Source: Heterodontus francisci
Taxonomy: Eukaryota
Direction: 5' to 3'
Length of the DNA: 64,000 nucleotides
Assembly: GCF_036365525.1 (NCBI RefSeq)
Contig: NC_090418.1
Location: 8,846,266-8,910,265, forward strand
Below, piece after piece: positions 63,431 to 64,000 of the stretch. Both the position numbers and the translations under genes were made by a program. Each line of letters begins with the position of its first letter. Positions within the stretch are counted from its first letter, which is position 1. Under the pieces are notes generated by a model, which was given only the letters and a program-made list of their open reading frames with translations, was not told where the DNA came from and did no database searches.

Positions 63431-63885
63431 TAGTTATGCTTCAATATCCTGTGCCAAATTGCCCTTCTGCTATTTCACACCTCTTTAAATGCACAGCTAA
63501 GATAACAAACCTGCTAGGTGAGGAACCATTTGTATCAACTAGAGTTCTACAACACCGACCATGAAAAATTATCTCAGCAGCCACACCATTATGTTCAAGC
63601 ACTGCCTGTTTAAACTTTGTAATATTCATCTGAAGCACTCAACAGATTTCTTACTGCCGCTTGGTAACCTTCTTAATATGTTTCCTTTCCTCCTGTTATT
63701 TGCAGGCTTTTTAAGATCCGTACTTGCCGTGGTCTAATCCTGATTGATCTTGGCATCCTTCCTGTACGGTTCCTCCTCCAGTGGTCTCCTGTGCAGTGAC
63801 TGCCAGCCCTTCATTTGTCTTTCTCCACGTAAAAGTGAGCCTTTCGCTGACCTTTCTGTATTCCCTTTTCCCCGTGTGTTTTCAG

Positions 63886-63993
63886 GCAAAGAGCGTGATG
63901 GTGGCTGAAGTAACCGCACCGGCCTGGCTGCATCGCTTTATCATCGGCAAGAAGGGGCAAAACATTGGCCGCATTACCCAGCAGCTGCCCAAG
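63886..63993 (+). CDS. HDLBP: Vigilin coding exon 7 (KH domain start); gene continues beyond the window
   Basis: AKSVMVAEVTAPAWLHRFIIGKKGQNIGRITQQLPK; ttttcag| and |gtaatc; 108 nt. Confidence 0.96.
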
Positions 63994-64000
63994 GTAATCA

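Overview
Eukaryotic, repeat-rich vertebrate DNA. The HE1-type V-SINEs, SacSINE1-like Deu-SINEs and CR1/HER1-type LINEs point to an elasmobranch (shark). The one host gene I can support is a + strand vigilin (HDLBP-family, multi-KH RNA-binding) gene. It has seven coding exons (ATG at 36367 to 63993; 1179 nt, 393 aa), all GT-AG and phase-consistent, and it continues beyond the window. A probable CpG-rich first exon lies near 17.1-17.3 kb and a probable 82-nt 5'UTR exon at 33233-33314. The rest is mostly transposon debris: a solo LTR with a 4-bp TSD, three RTE-clade LINE pieces (two with TSDs), CR1- and L2-type fragments, several SINE families, Penelope-like remnants, and a decayed two-gene PIF/Harbinger transposon inside a vigilin intron. 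There is also a 1-kb minisatellite of about 31 units. Most ORFs in the supplied track are repeat-derived or spurious. There is no CRISPR array or prokaryotic system. The best leads are: (1) the Harbinger Myb-gene 3' exons remain open and in phase with vigilin; (2) the minisatellite carries about 31 TGTAAATA (Pumilio/forkhead) motifs; (3) inverted HE1 SINEs flank a 423-nt stop-free exon pair; (4) the gene may be a divergent vigilin paralog. All were read by eye; repeat boundaries are approximate unless a TSD or splice site is quoted.
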